A DNA stretch of 34,197 nt, taken from Methylococcales bacterium (GTDB lineage Bacteria; Pseudomonadota; Gammaproteobacteria; Methylococcales; UBA1147). Position numbers and translations under genes: made by a program. The notes below the pieces were generated by a model, which was given only the letters and a program-made list of their open reading frames with translations, had not been told where the DNA came from and did not search any database. Position 1 is the first letter of the stretch. Each line of letters starts with the position of its first letter. The stretch is taken from contig JBGTCG010000091.1 in NCBI GenBank assembly GCA_041748915.1, positions 1 to 34,197 on the forward strand, written 5' to 3'. Shown here piece by piece: positions 8,066 through 17,196 of this stretch.

Positions 8066-10297
8066 CTAAAACGCGGTAGCGTGCAACTTGCGCCGGTATA
8101 ACAACCACGCCGGCAAGGTGAGCGCGAGTACCGTTAGAACCAGAATCACGAGCGGCCATATTTTGGGCCGGTTCCATTCCTTGCGTATCGATTCGCGTTG
8201 CACGGTCTCGATCCTCTGATATTTGAGATTGTTGGTCGCCATCAAGTTCGGCTTCAGATTTTTATACCAGCCGTGGAACAGACTGAAGTTTTTTGGATGC
8301 ATTCCAAATAACCACGGAGCGTCATGCCGGACGATCTCCTGGAGTTCCTGAATCAGTCTGAAGCGTTCACCCCCGTTGTCCATATTCCGCATCCGTTCGA
8401 ACAGCTTGTCAAATCGGGGATTCTGGTAATTTACGGCATTTTCACCGCCGTTCTTGACTTTCGCGTTCGGCCCATAGAGCAGGAAAAAGAAATTTTCCGG
8501 ATCCGGATAATCGGCATTCCATCCCCACATGAAAATCTGGGCATTGCCGGTCCGGATTTTCTGCTGAAAACGATTATAGTCGGTCGCCCGAATCACCAGT
8601 TGAATACCGAGCTTGGCGAATTGCTTTCTGAACCAGTTCAATCGCGCCTTGTCATCGGGCCCGGTCGCCACGGTGTCGAAATACAAGACCCAAGGTTGGC
8701 CGGTCGTTGGATTTCGCCCGCCCTGGTAGCCGGCCTCGTTCAATAACCTTTTTGCTTCATCGAGACTCTTGCGCCGCGGCTCCCCGTTCACCCATTCATA
8801 GACATAAGAATTGATTCCCTCGTTGCCCTCCTGATAGCCGAAGATGCCGGGAGGCAGCATCCCTTGCGCCGCAATTCCCCTTCCATTCATGAATATCGAG
8901 ATAAATTCCTCGTAATCCACCGCAATGGCGATCGCCTGCCGCAATCTCCTGGCTTTTTTGGCGCCGCCGCCGACGACGGGATCGAGCATATTGAATCCAA
9001 GGTAAAAAATCGAGGTGGCGACGGTGGTCTCCAAATTGATCCCGTTGCGTTTAAGGTTCTCGGTCAATTCAACATCGCCCGCGCCGGAAAACTTAACCGC
9101 CTGGTCGAAGCTGTCCGACGAAATCGCGGATGCATCGTAGTAACCCTGAAGAAACTTGTTCCAATAAGGAATATCCTCCCTTTCCAGCATGAAGACGACC
9201 TGATCAATAAACGGCAACAGTTTCCCCCGATCCGTCAGAAGTCCGTTCGACGCATCGCTAGGCTCGCCTTCCCCGGGATAATTTTCACCGTGAAAATTCG
9301 GGTTTTTGACCAGTACCATCCTCCGGTTCGGATTGTTTTCCGCCAACATATAGGGCCCGGTTCCGACCGGATACCAATCCAGGATGATGTTCTTTTCAAC
9401 CAGCCCAGGCTGATAATAAAAATCAACCGCCTCCCAGGGCATCGGAGCAAAAAACGGCATCGCGAGCCAATATTGGAATTGAGGATATTTGCCACGAAGG
9501 GTAATCCGATAACGGTATCGGTCTAGTATTTCCGCGCCTTGCACGGAGAATCGTTTAAGATCCAGGCCTTGGCCCTTATTTTTCGCTCCCTCGAGCTCCC
9601 CGGCCAATTCCGAAAGGCCCACAATATAGCCTTTCATGAATTCGGCGATCGGGGAATGACTCCTCGGATCCACGAGACGTTTGATCTGGTAGACATAATC
9701 CTCGGCAATCAACTCGCGGCTGTCCGTGTGGTCAAAATCCGCGATCGACTGGATTCCGCGCAACTCGTCGGGACTTAAATCGTGATACAGGAACTCACCC
9801 TGGCCGCTTCTGGCAAACGCCGGGTGCGGCTGATAGCGAATGCCGGCTTGAATGGTAATCACATAATCGCTGAAGGCGATTTTTTTTTCGTCACTTTCGA
9901 CCGGAAGAATTTGACCTTCCCGGTCCCGGTAAATGACCGTCGGCACCGCGACTGCTGTCAAAGGCACCAGTGTATAAGGACGCAGAAGATAGTGATATTG
10001 CAGTGCCGGTTCGTAGATCTGGGAAATCAGCGCGTATTCGTTGGCGCTGTAGGATACCGCTGGATCCAGATGTTTAGGCCTTTCGGAAAACGACGTGTAT
10101 AGAATCGGCTTGGAGGCCTCGACTTCCGGATACGGGTTGTTCCAGCCGGATTCATCACATCCGGAAAGAGGGGCAGCCATAACAAGCAGGAACCCGGCAA
10201 TCTGTGCAACGCAGGGATACCACCCGCCAGCGTACCTTAGAGGACTCGCTAAAACTGCTGAGACCACGAGATTGATATTGGATCCAAGTCTACGCAT
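8066..10297 (-). CDS. yejA: extracellular solute-binding protein family 5 (YejA/OppA-like) with lipobox and an unusual C-terminal hydrophobic anchor
   Basis: 743 aa. Signal ends ...LLVMAAPLSGC (lipobox). The SBP_bac_5-like body is first in the operon. The C-terminus IWPLVILVLTVLALTLPAWLLYRRK is a predicted TM helix. Confidence 0.8.
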   Translation of the reverse strand: MRRLGSNINLVVSAVLASPLRYAGGWYPCVAQIAGFLLVMAAPLSGCDESGWNNPYPEVEASKPILYTSFSERPKHLDPAVSYSANEYALISQIYEPALQYHYLLRPYTLVPLTAVAVPTVIYRDREGQILPVESDEKKIAFSDYVITIQAGIRYQPHPAFARSGQGEFLYHDLSPDELRGIQSIADFDHTDSRELIAEDYVYQIKRLVDPRSHSPIAEFMKGYIVGLSELAGELEGAKNKGQGLDLKRFSVQGAEILDRYRYRITLRGKYPQFQYWLAMPFFAPMPWEAVDFYYQPGLVEKNIILDWYPVGTGPYMLAENNPNRRMVLVKNPNFHGENYPGEGEPSDASNGLLTDRGKLLPFIDQVVFMLEREDIPYWNKFLQGYYDASAISSDSFDQAVKFSGAGDVELTENLKRNGINLETTVATSIFYLGFNMLDPVVGGGAKKARRLRQAIAIAVDYEEFISIFMNGRGIAAQGMLPPGIFGYQEGNEGINSYVYEWVNGEPRRKSLDEAKRLLNEAGYQGGRNPTTGQPWVLYFDTVATGPDDKARLNWFRKQFAKLGIQLVIRATDYNRFQQKIRTGNAQIFMWGWNADYPDPENFFFLLYGPNAKVKNGGENAVNYQNPRFDKLFERMRNMDNGGERFRLIQELQEIVRHDAPWLFGMHPKNFSLFHGWYKNLKPNLMATNNLKYQRIETVQRESIRKEWNRPKIWPLVILVLTVLALTLPAWLLYRRKLHATAF

Positions 10298-10349
10298 CCA
10301 TAAAGACTACGTTGCCTCTGTCAGTTCAAAAAATCAATTCGATTAATTA

Positions 10350-11864
10350 TTAGCCATGCGCTGCGTTCAGGATCGTCGGAGATTGAATCGCCGCTTCCTG
10401 CGAATCGTTTAGGTCTTGCGCGGATCGAAGGCGGTTATCCGTCAACGCACCCTTTTTGCCTGGATCGCTTTTCCCGAAAGAATCGTAATGGGCAATTTCA
10501 TCGAACGATTTGTCGAAATCCAGAACGACGCTGGTCAGGTTTTCTAAAATCACAGAACGCATATTCTCCGAATAACTTTCGTCGGATAAAACATTACAGG
10601 CGTCGAGTAAGGACTTCAATCCATCGGAATGGATTGAATACCGTTGCGAGGCCAGTTCGCTATTAACACTGGAAATCGATGTCTTTCCTTCCGCGATGAT
10701 CTTTAAGGCGTCGGTTTTACCGTTGGCCCAGATCCGATAGGCTTCTGCCCTATCCTGCGCCGCCTGTTTCTCGGCGAGAGCTTTTTCCTTGATCAACAAG
10801 GTATCGTTATCCGCGCCGGCCTTCGCCTGAATAAGATGGATCCGATGCATCCTTTCCGCCCGTGCGAGTTCCCTTTCGGTCTCAATTTCTTCTTCGGCCC
10901 TGACGATTTCTGCCTTGGCCAGAGTTGCGTCGATGTAAACTTGGGTTTGACTCATGGCATTCTGCGCCAGTACGGCATCTCGATTCTGTTCAGACAGTTT
11001 GACCTTTTGATCTACAAGAATCCTCGATTGTTCTGTTTCATAGACGGCCCGTGCGTCCGCTTTCTGTTTTTCGATCCTGATCGCCGTCTGGTGGGCGATC
11101 ATTTCCTGTTCGTCCGTAAATTGCTGATTCAGTTTTTCCTGGTTTAGCTTCTGGATGATTTGGTCGGCCTCCGTCTGTTTCCGGCAAACTTCGATTCTGG
11201 CACCCTGCTCCAAGTCATTCCGCATTTTCTTCTCCGCTTCGACAAGTTCCGTAATCTTTGTCAATCCCGGTGCATCGAGCGCATTATCCGGATCATAATA
11301 GCTTTTGCCGGTTTGTCCTAAAAAGGATACCGATATCGTTTCCAGCAACAGCCCATAGTTGAACAAAGGTTCGGCTGAAAGTTCACGAACCCTCGACACG
11401 AAGTTCTGCTCATTCGTTTGCAGTTCAGCAAGCGTAAATTCAATCGCCGCCTGGCGGATAGACGTAATTAACAGGCTGCTTAAAAAACGATTGAGCTGGG
11501 TCGTGTCCAAGGTACGATATCCAAGTGTCTGCGCCGCGATCATGATATCGAGGTCCACCGGATTCACTTTCAGGTAAAACACGACACAAACGTCCGCTCG
11601 CAGGCGATCCTTCGTAATGACCGAATTTTCTTTAATCCGGTCAATTTCGATCGGGTTCGAATTCAAACTGACCGGAATCGCCTTATGCAAAATCGGAAGG
11701 ACAAAGTCACCGCCATTTAAAATCACCTTCTCACCACCGTAGCCGGTTCGTACATAAACCAGGCTTTTGGTGGCACGAACGAAGAGTTTCGACAGAATAA
11801 AGCCACCGCCCCCCAGGATGAAGATCAAAAAACCGATTAAAAAAATCAAAGAATGGATATTCAT
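10350..11864 (-). CDS. flotillin-like SPFH/band-7 domain membrane protein (YqiK-like)
   Basis: N-terminal TM (LIFLIGFLIFILGGGGFIL), an SPFH core, then a long Ala/Glu/Gln-rich coiled-coil (EQ..EA repeats) typical of flotillins. No NfeD partner is adjacent. Confidence 0.82.
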   Translation of the reverse strand: MNIHSLIFLIGFLIFILGGGGFILSKLFVRATKSLVYVRTGYGGEKVILNGGDFVLPILHKAIPVSLNSNPIEIDRIKENSVITKDRLRADVCVVFYLKVNPVDLDIMIAAQTLGYRTLDTTQLNRFLSSLLITSIRQAAIEFTLAELQTNEQNFVSRVRELSAEPLFNYGLLLETISVSFLGQTGKSYYDPDNALDAPGLTKITELVEAEKKMRNDLEQGARIEVCRKQTEADQIIQKLNQEKLNQQFTDEQEMIAHQTAIRIEKQKADARAVYETEQSRILVDQKVKLSEQNRDAVLAQNAMSQTQVYIDATLAKAEIVRAEEEIETERELARAERMHRIHLIQAKAGADNDTLLIKEKALAEKQAAQDRAEAYRIWANGKTDALKIIAEGKTSISSVNSELASQRYSIHSDGLKSLLDACNVLSDESYSENMRSVILENLTSVVLDFDKSFDEIAHYDSFGKSDPGKKGALTDNRLRSAQDLNDSQEAAIQSPTILNAAHG

Positions 11865-12096
11865 TGTATTCTTGGCCTCCAGTAGATATAGAAACGAACT
11901 TTCATTCAGTAGTGCCAGGTTTAACAGAAATTAAGTACGATCGACTGTACCCATGACACTTTCATCCAGGATCTTGTCGGTTGCCGAAATGCTGAACTGT
12001 TCCGTCATACTAAGTGACACACAGCTGCGATGGCAACCTTTGCATATAAACGCATCTCGCGTGCTGTCGAAATTGGCTGGTAATGTTTTGTCATTG

Positions 12097-12122
12097 CGTG
12101 ATTATATATAAATCACGTGATT
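12097..12122. promoter_or_regulatory. compound palindrome CGTGATT-ATATATA-AATCACG overlapping AATCACGTGATT in the divergent flotillin / cyclase intergenic region; candidate operator
   Basis: Perfect 7-bp arms around an AT spacer, plus an overlapping 12-bp self-complementary site containing CACGTG. Located about 230-270 bp from both divergent gene starts. Confidence 0.35.
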
Positions 12123-12362
12123 AGTCCATACTTCTAAACCAAACTATAAATTTTTTGATGTAGGTCGGAACTACCCGGGCAAAGTCTGGCAATTTGAAGA
12201 CCTTATAACCTCTACCGGTGCACGAATTTCGGCTCCGTATCCTGTGTCGATTCAGCGATCGATTCGGATCGGTATAGCTAAGGTATTTGAGCTCCCTTTA
12301 TAATGCGACTTCTGGAACCCGGAAGGTTCACGCGGCGGTAAGGATTTCTTGCAATATACTAC

Positions 12363-13340
12363 GTGGAATTAAGGCTTCAATCCTCCAGCGGGTTGAATTC
12401 AATCAACAAGAAGGAGACTTGGCAAACCATGAATGATGGCGATAAATCGCAAATGACGATTTTCTTTGCCGATGTCGCCGGCAGTGTCGAATTGTACGAT
12501 TCAATCGGCGATCGTTTAGCCCACGAAAAAATTGTCGGATGTCTGCAGCAGATGTCGCTGCTGATAGAAGATCGGGGCGGTCGAATCATTGAGATCATCG
12601 GCGATGAAATTATGGCGGCATTCGTACATCCTGACCAGGCCTTCGAAGCCGCCAGGCAGATTCAGCACGGGCTGAGCACCGAAACCGGAGCACAGATCGG
12701 AGTGCGGATCGGCTTTCACTGCGGATTGACCGCGGTAACCGAAGGGCATCCATACGGGGACACCGTGAATGTTGCCGCAAGGATGGTCAACCTTGCGAAA
12801 TCCGGCCAGATCATCACCAATCATCAGTCCGTGGAGTTTCTGTCGGAACTAAATCGGGCCAGGCTGCGAATTGTCGGTAAGGTCTTCATCAAAGGCAAAC
12901 CGGATCCCTATACCATTCATGAAGTGGTTTGGGATGAAAGCGAATGTACGGTGGTGTCGACCCTGCCTCGAACCGGTTTCGTTAACCGCCGACGTAACGA
13001 AGCGTCGGTTTTTTTGAAATATAAAGGCCGGCTACTGAACCTCCGCGAATCTTCGGGTGAGTTGGTAGTCGGGCGCGGACAGCGATGCGGATTGGTCGTC
13101 GATTCCGGTGCTGCGTCCAGGATGCATGCCGTGGTTAGTTGCCGGAACGGCATGATCGTGATCAAAGATCAAAGCACGAACGGAACTTTTATTCGAACGT
13201 TCGAGGGCAAGCGGGCGGCCGACGGCATCGAACTGATTATTCATGGCGACGAATGGATGGCGGATGCCGCCGGAATTTTCTCTCTCGGCGCCTCGATCGA
13301 AAAGGACGATCCGAATTTGATCTATTTTCGGATGAACTGA
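12363..13340 (+). CDS. class III adenylate/guanylate cyclase catalytic domain fused to a C-terminal FHA (phosphothreonine-binding) domain
   Basis: Cyclase motifs FFADVAGSVELY, IGDEIMAAF, GDTVNVAARM. C-terminal FHA signature VVGRGQRCGLVVDSGAASRMHAVV...DQSTNGTFI. The ORF starts at a GTG at 12363; an in-frame ATG at 12429 is more likely. Confidence 0.85.
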   Translation: MELRLQSSSGLNSINKKETWQTMNDGDKSQMTIFFADVAGSVELYDSIGDRLAHEKIVGCLQQMSLLIEDRGGRIIEIIGDEIMAAFVHPDQAFEAARQIQHGLSTETGAQIGVRIGFHCGLTAVTEGHPYGDTVNVAARMVNLAKSGQIITNHQSVEFLSELNRARLRIVGKVFIKGKPDPYTIHEVVWDESECTVVSTLPRTGFVNRRRNEASVFLKYKGRLLNLRESSGELVVGRGQRCGLVVDSGAASRMHAVVSCRNGMIVIKDQSTNGTFIRTFEGKRAADGIELIIHGDEWMADAAGIFSLGASIEKDDPNLIYFRMN

Positions 13341-13380
13341 AATGCCGATGGTCTCGAAACAACCCTGACCTGCGCGAAAA

Positions 13381-13911
13381 ATGAGAGTTTTCGACGTCAA
13401 ATTGAATCGAATCCGGTCCAAGGTTCCATTTGACCTCGGAATCGTGGCAATGAGTTGGGGCACCGGACTACTGCGCACGATTTATGTTTGGATTCTGTTT
13501 GCATTTCCGTCCGCGACTCCGGCCTGTGGGCCGGTCGATCGGACCGCAGAGATCCAAATCAACGGTTACCGGATTACGGCTGAATTGGCCGTCGCCGAGC
13601 ATGAAAAAAACTGCGGACTTTCCCTCAGGGATTCGTTACCTGAAGATCACGGAATGCTTTTTGTTTATTTCGAGGATCGGATGATGATTTTCTGGATGAA
13701 GGATACCCGCATTCCACTGTCCATCGCGTTTCTCGACGCTGGCGGCTATATTCTGAATATTCTCGAAATGAAACCGATGAACACCGATACATTCTACCGC
13801 TCCTCCGCTCCCGCGCGTTACGCCCTGGAAATGTCCGCGAAATGGTTTGCGGAACATTATGTTGAGGTGGGCGACCGGGTGGCGATCCATTGGTCCGAAA
13901 AATTCGAATGA
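13381..13911 (+). CDS. DUF192 (COG1430) family protein, probably secreted
   Basis: DUF192-like core GLSLRDSLPEDHGMLFVY...IPLSIAFLD.GGYI...M.P...Y.S..PARYALEM...V.VGDRV. An alternative ATG at 13453 gives a signal-peptide-like N-terminus MSWGTGLLRTIYVWILFAFPSATPA. Confidence 0.7.
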   Translation: MRVFDVKLNRIRSKVPFDLGIVAMSWGTGLLRTIYVWILFAFPSATPACGPVDRTAEIQINGYRITAELAVAEHEKNCGLSLRDSLPEDHGMLFVYFEDRMMIFWMKDTRIPLSIAFLDAGGYILNILEMKPMNTDTFYRSSAPARYALEMSAKWFAEHYVEVGDRVAIHWSEKFE

Positions 13912-14600
13912 GTATGGCTTCGGCAATGGAGGAATCGTTGCGCGCGGACCGGGCGAACCTTTATTACGTTCACGATCCGATGTGTAGCTGGTGTTTTGCA
14001 TTTGAACCGGTCTGGGAATCTGTGTGCGCCAGACTGCCGGCTTCTGTGGAGGCCGTGCGTATACTGGGCGGCCTCGCGCCCGATACCGATCAGCCGATGG
14101 CGGCATCAATGCAGTCCAGAATCCAACAAATCTGGCATACCATCGAAATTGCAGTTCCCGGAACCAGCTTCAATTTTGATTTCTGGAGAGTCGCCACTCC
14201 GCGCCGGGCTACTTTCCCGGCCTGTCGTGCGGTAATCGCCGTCGCTCGACACGCCCCCGAGCTTGAAACGGAAATGATTCGTCTGATTCAGAACGCCTAT
14301 TATCGCGAGGCAAGAAATCCGTCGGACCAACAGACCCTGATAAATCTTGCAGACTCGCTTGGTCTCGACCGGCAACAATTTGCCGCAGATCTCGATTCTC
14401 GGGAAACGGTTGCGGAACTGAATCATCAGATTGCTTTTTCGCGCCAGCTAGGTGTTGAGACCTTTCCTTCCTTAGTTTTCCATAATTCCGCCTTGGGCTG
14501 CCGACTGCTGGACATCGACTACCAAAATGCGGAATTCCTGTTGCAACAAATCATTCATTTGTCTGAAGCCAGTCATGACTACACCGGGTCTAATCGCTGA
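13908..14600 (+). CDS. DsbA-like thioredoxin-fold protein (COG3531-type predicted protein-disulfide isomerase)
   Basis: CxxC active site within YYVHDPMCSWCFAFEP and a DsbA-family alpha-helical insert. The start overlaps the DUF192 stop (ATGA at 13908-13911), suggesting translational coupling. Confidence 0.72.
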   Translation: MSMASAMEESLRADRANLYYVHDPMCSWCFAFEPVWESVCARLPASVEAVRILGGLAPDTDQPMAASMQSRIQQIWHTIEIAVPGTSFNFDFWRVATPRRATFPACRAVIAVARHAPELETEMIRLIQNAYYREARNPSDQQTLINLADSLGLDRQQFAADLDSRETVAELNHQIAFSRQLGVETFPSLVFHNSALGCRLLDIDYQNAEFLLQQIIHLSEASHDYTGSNR

Positions 14601-14676
14601 GCGATCAACCGGGCGGGATTAGGTTGGCTAGATTCTGGATGGCCTGCCCGCGAAAACGTCGGGAGGTAGAAAATTG

Positions 14677-14698
14677 CCGGTGCGGAGCTCCGCACCGG
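14677..14698. terminator. perfect 22-bp palindrome CCGGTGCGGAGCTCCGCACCGG, 77 bp after the DsbA-like stop; terminator-like stem or protein site (no U-tract)
   Basis: Read directly from the sequence; fully self-complementary. Confidence 0.3.
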
Positions 14699-14936
14699 AC
14701 CAGGGATGCCGTCCTTTGCATTGGGGGTTAACTGCACAGACTTAATGCCATTCGGAACAAAACCGGGACAATTCTTTTCCGGATGACGCCTAATAACTGG
14801 TACGAGTTTGTCAGAGCACTGGTATATCTTGGCGATCATCATAGTGGTCTGAACATTACGCCTGCCTTAACAAAACATTACGGTTTAGTAATGTTCGCGA
14901 TCGGAACTTTAGGCCGGGCGTCGTTCCGCCGGATAC

Positions 14937-14955
14937 AATTGTCCTGAAATTGTCC
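14937..14955 (+). promoter_or_regulatory. tandem direct repeat AATTGTCC-N3-AATTGTCC (11-bp periodicity) 32 bp upstream of the response-regulator start; candidate OmpR-family binding box
   Basis: Two identical 8-mers one helical turn apart. The TTGTC core resembles half-sites of CusR/CopR-type boxes. Confidence 0.3.
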
Positions 14956-14986
14956 AAACTGCAAAATTGACGAACCAGGACAAAAA

Positions 14987-15658
14987 ATGCAGCTTTTGAT
15001 CATAGAAGACGACATGAAAACCGCAGCCTACCTCTGCAAGGGCTTGAAAGAGAGCGGACACAATGTCGATCATGCGGCGGACGGCAAAGACGGATTGTTC
15101 ATGGCCATGGAAAACGAATATGACGCGATCGTGATTGACCGTATGTTGCCCGCGCTGGATGGCCTATCGGTAATTCGTACTTTACGGGCTGCGAATAAGA
15201 GCACGCCGGTGCTGGTCCTGAGTGCACTTGGCGAAGTGGATGACCGGGTAAAGGGGCTAAAGGCCGGTAGTGATGACTATCTGGTGAAACCCTTTGCCTT
15301 TTCCGAATTGATGGCCAGGCTGGAGGCGCTGACCCGCCGATCTGAAGGAGATAATTCGCAAACCGCTCTGAAGGTCGGCGACCTGGAGATGGACTTGCTC
15401 TCGCGCGAAGTGCGGCGGGCCGGCACTCCAATCGAATTGCAGCCCCGTGAGTTTCGCTTGCTCGAATACCTGATGCGTCATGCGGGGCAGGTCGTGACCC
15501 GGACCATGTTGCTCGAAAATGTCTGGGACTATCATTTCGATCCGCAAACTAATGTGATCGATGTTCATATCAGCCGCTTGCGTGGAAAAATCGATCGCGA
15601 GTTCGATCCACCCTTGCTGCACACCATCCGCGGTGCGGGCTACTCTCTCCGTGCGTAA
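14987..15658 (+). CDS. OmpR-family response regulator, CusR/CopR-like
   Basis: Receiver domain (IIEDD...D54-like, KPFAFSELMARL) and winged-helix output. Near-collinear with E. coli CusR as recalled (VLSALGEVDDRVKGLKAGSDDYLVKPFAFSELMARLEALTRR). Confidence 0.9.
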   Translation: MQLLIIEDDMKTAAYLCKGLKESGHNVDHAADGKDGLFMAMENEYDAIVIDRMLPALDGLSVIRTLRAANKSTPVLVLSALGEVDDRVKGLKAGSDDYLVKPFAFSELMARLEALTRRSEGDNSQTALKVGDLEMDLLSREVRRAGTPIELQPREFRLLEYLMRHAGQVVTRTMLLENVWDYHFDPQTNVIDVHISRLRGKIDREFDPPLLHTIRGAGYSLRA

Positions 15659-17030
15659 AATCAGCCTGCTCCGTAGTTCGACGTTCTTTCTGACCATGAG
15701 CTATGTGTCGGTTTTCACGTTATCGACGCTGATGTTGATGGCCTTTATCTATCTCCATACTTCCAGTTACATGGTTCAACAGACTGACGCAATTATCGAA
15801 TCGGAAATCAATGGACTTAGAGAAAGTTATCGTCATGACGGAATACCGGGCTTGACCCTGTTGATTGCCAGCCGGGTCAAGCCGGAGTCGGTCGGCTCGG
15901 TCATCCTGCTTTTGGTCGACCCCCGGCTCAACGTGGTAGTCGGAAATCTGAACCGTTGGCCGAATGTTCCTGGAACCCCGGATGGTTGGCTTAATTTCAA
16001 ACTGGAAGACAGACCAACAGTCGATGAGACGGCGCGGTGGGCTCGCGCGCGAAGATACCGATTGGCCGAAGGTTTTCTTTTGTTGGTCGGACGCGATCTG
16101 CACGATCTCGAGATGAGCAGGAAAGCAATCGCGAGAACTTTGATCTGGGGACTGGTCATCGCAGCGATCATGGCTTTGGTGGGTGGACTTACCATGACGC
16201 GGAGGCTTTTAAGGCGGCTCGAATTGATTAACCAGACCAGTCACGAAATCATCAACGGGGACTTGTCGCGGCGAATTCCGACCGACAATACCGGAGATGA
16301 TTTCGACCAATTATCCACCAACTTAAATCAGATGCTGGACTGGATTGGAGAGCTTATGGAAGGAGTGCGCCGGGTTTCAGATAATATTGCCCATGACCTC
16401 AGGACGCCACTGGCTCGATTGCGGAACCACCTGGACGAACTCAAAAGTGATTGCAAAGATGTCGACGATGCCGAACCGGTGGAACAGGCGATCCAGGAAG
16501 CCGACGGATTACTTGCGACCTTTAACGCGCTGCTCCGGATCGCACGAATAGAATCTGAAAAACAGCCGGATTATCTTGTCGACGTTGATTTGTCGACGGT
16601 AATTCGGGACGCAGTTGATCTTTACGAGCCCCTGGCCGAGGAAAAATCACAAAGCCTCGAGGTAAGCATTCCGGGAACACAGAACAATATCCGTGGCGAT
16701 CGAGATTTATTATCGCAAGTGGTCGCGAATATTTTGGATAATGCCGTTAAGTACACCCAACCCGCGGGTACCATCCAAGTGAATTTATCGAATGGCCCGC
16801 TCTCCGTGAGCCTGATGATTGCGGATTCCGGAAGCGGAATTCCGGTCGGCGAACGGGAAAAGGTATTCCAGCGATTCTACCGCCTGGAGTCCAGCCGGAG
16901 TAGTCCAGGCAACGGGCTCGGGCTGAGCCTGGTAGCTGCTGTGGTCACTTTGCACAATGCCAAAATCCGGCTCGAAGGTAATCGGCCTGGACTCCGGGTG
17001 GTCATTGATTTCCCAAAACCCCGGCACTGA
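15651..17030 (+). CDS. sensor histidine kinase (HAMP + HisKA + HATPase_c), partner of the upstream response regulator
   Basis: Two TMs flank a ~140-aa periplasmic domain. H-box AHDLRTPLARL, N-box, G-boxes DSGSGIP / GNGLGLSLV. A GTG at 15651 overlaps the RR stop (GTGCGTAA); alternative ATG at 15696. Confidence 0.86.
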   Translation: MRKISLLRSSTFFLTMSYVSVFTLSTLMLMAFIYLHTSSYMVQQTDAIIESEINGLRESYRHDGIPGLTLLIASRVKPESVGSVILLLVDPRLNVVVGNLNRWPNVPGTPDGWLNFKLEDRPTVDETARWARARRYRLAEGFLLLVGRDLHDLEMSRKAIARTLIWGLVIAAIMALVGGLTMTRRLLRRLELINQTSHEIINGDLSRRIPTDNTGDDFDQLSTNLNQMLDWIGELMEGVRRVSDNIAHDLRTPLARLRNHLDELKSDCKDVDDAEPVEQAIQEADGLLATFNALLRIARIESEKQPDYLVDVDLSTVIRDAVDLYEPLAEEKSQSLEVSIPGTQNNIRGDRDLLSQVVANILDNAVKYTQPAGTIQVNLSNGPLSVSLMIADSGSGIPVGEREKVFQRFYRLESSRSSPGNGLGLSLVAAVVTLHNAKIRLEGNRPGLRVVIDFPKPRH

Positions 17031-17196
17031 TGCGCGTAATTCCGAGTACGAAGCCGGATTTTTTCCGAAACCGGAAATTCCGCGAATCGAACGTCGCTCG
17101 GGTAACGATTATCGTACGGCGCTCGGAGGCTCGAGTCTTTTCCGGACCAAGGTTTTCGCAATTCCGGTGTCATTAACTCTTCGCTTCTAGCACAAA

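Noticed and set aside
12030-12045. TGGCAACCTTTGCAT resembling a sigma54 -24/-12 promoter (GG...GC)
   Set aside because: The GG-to-GC spacing is 2 bp shorter than the strict sigma54 consensus (TGGCAC-N5-TTGC), so it is unlikely to be functional.
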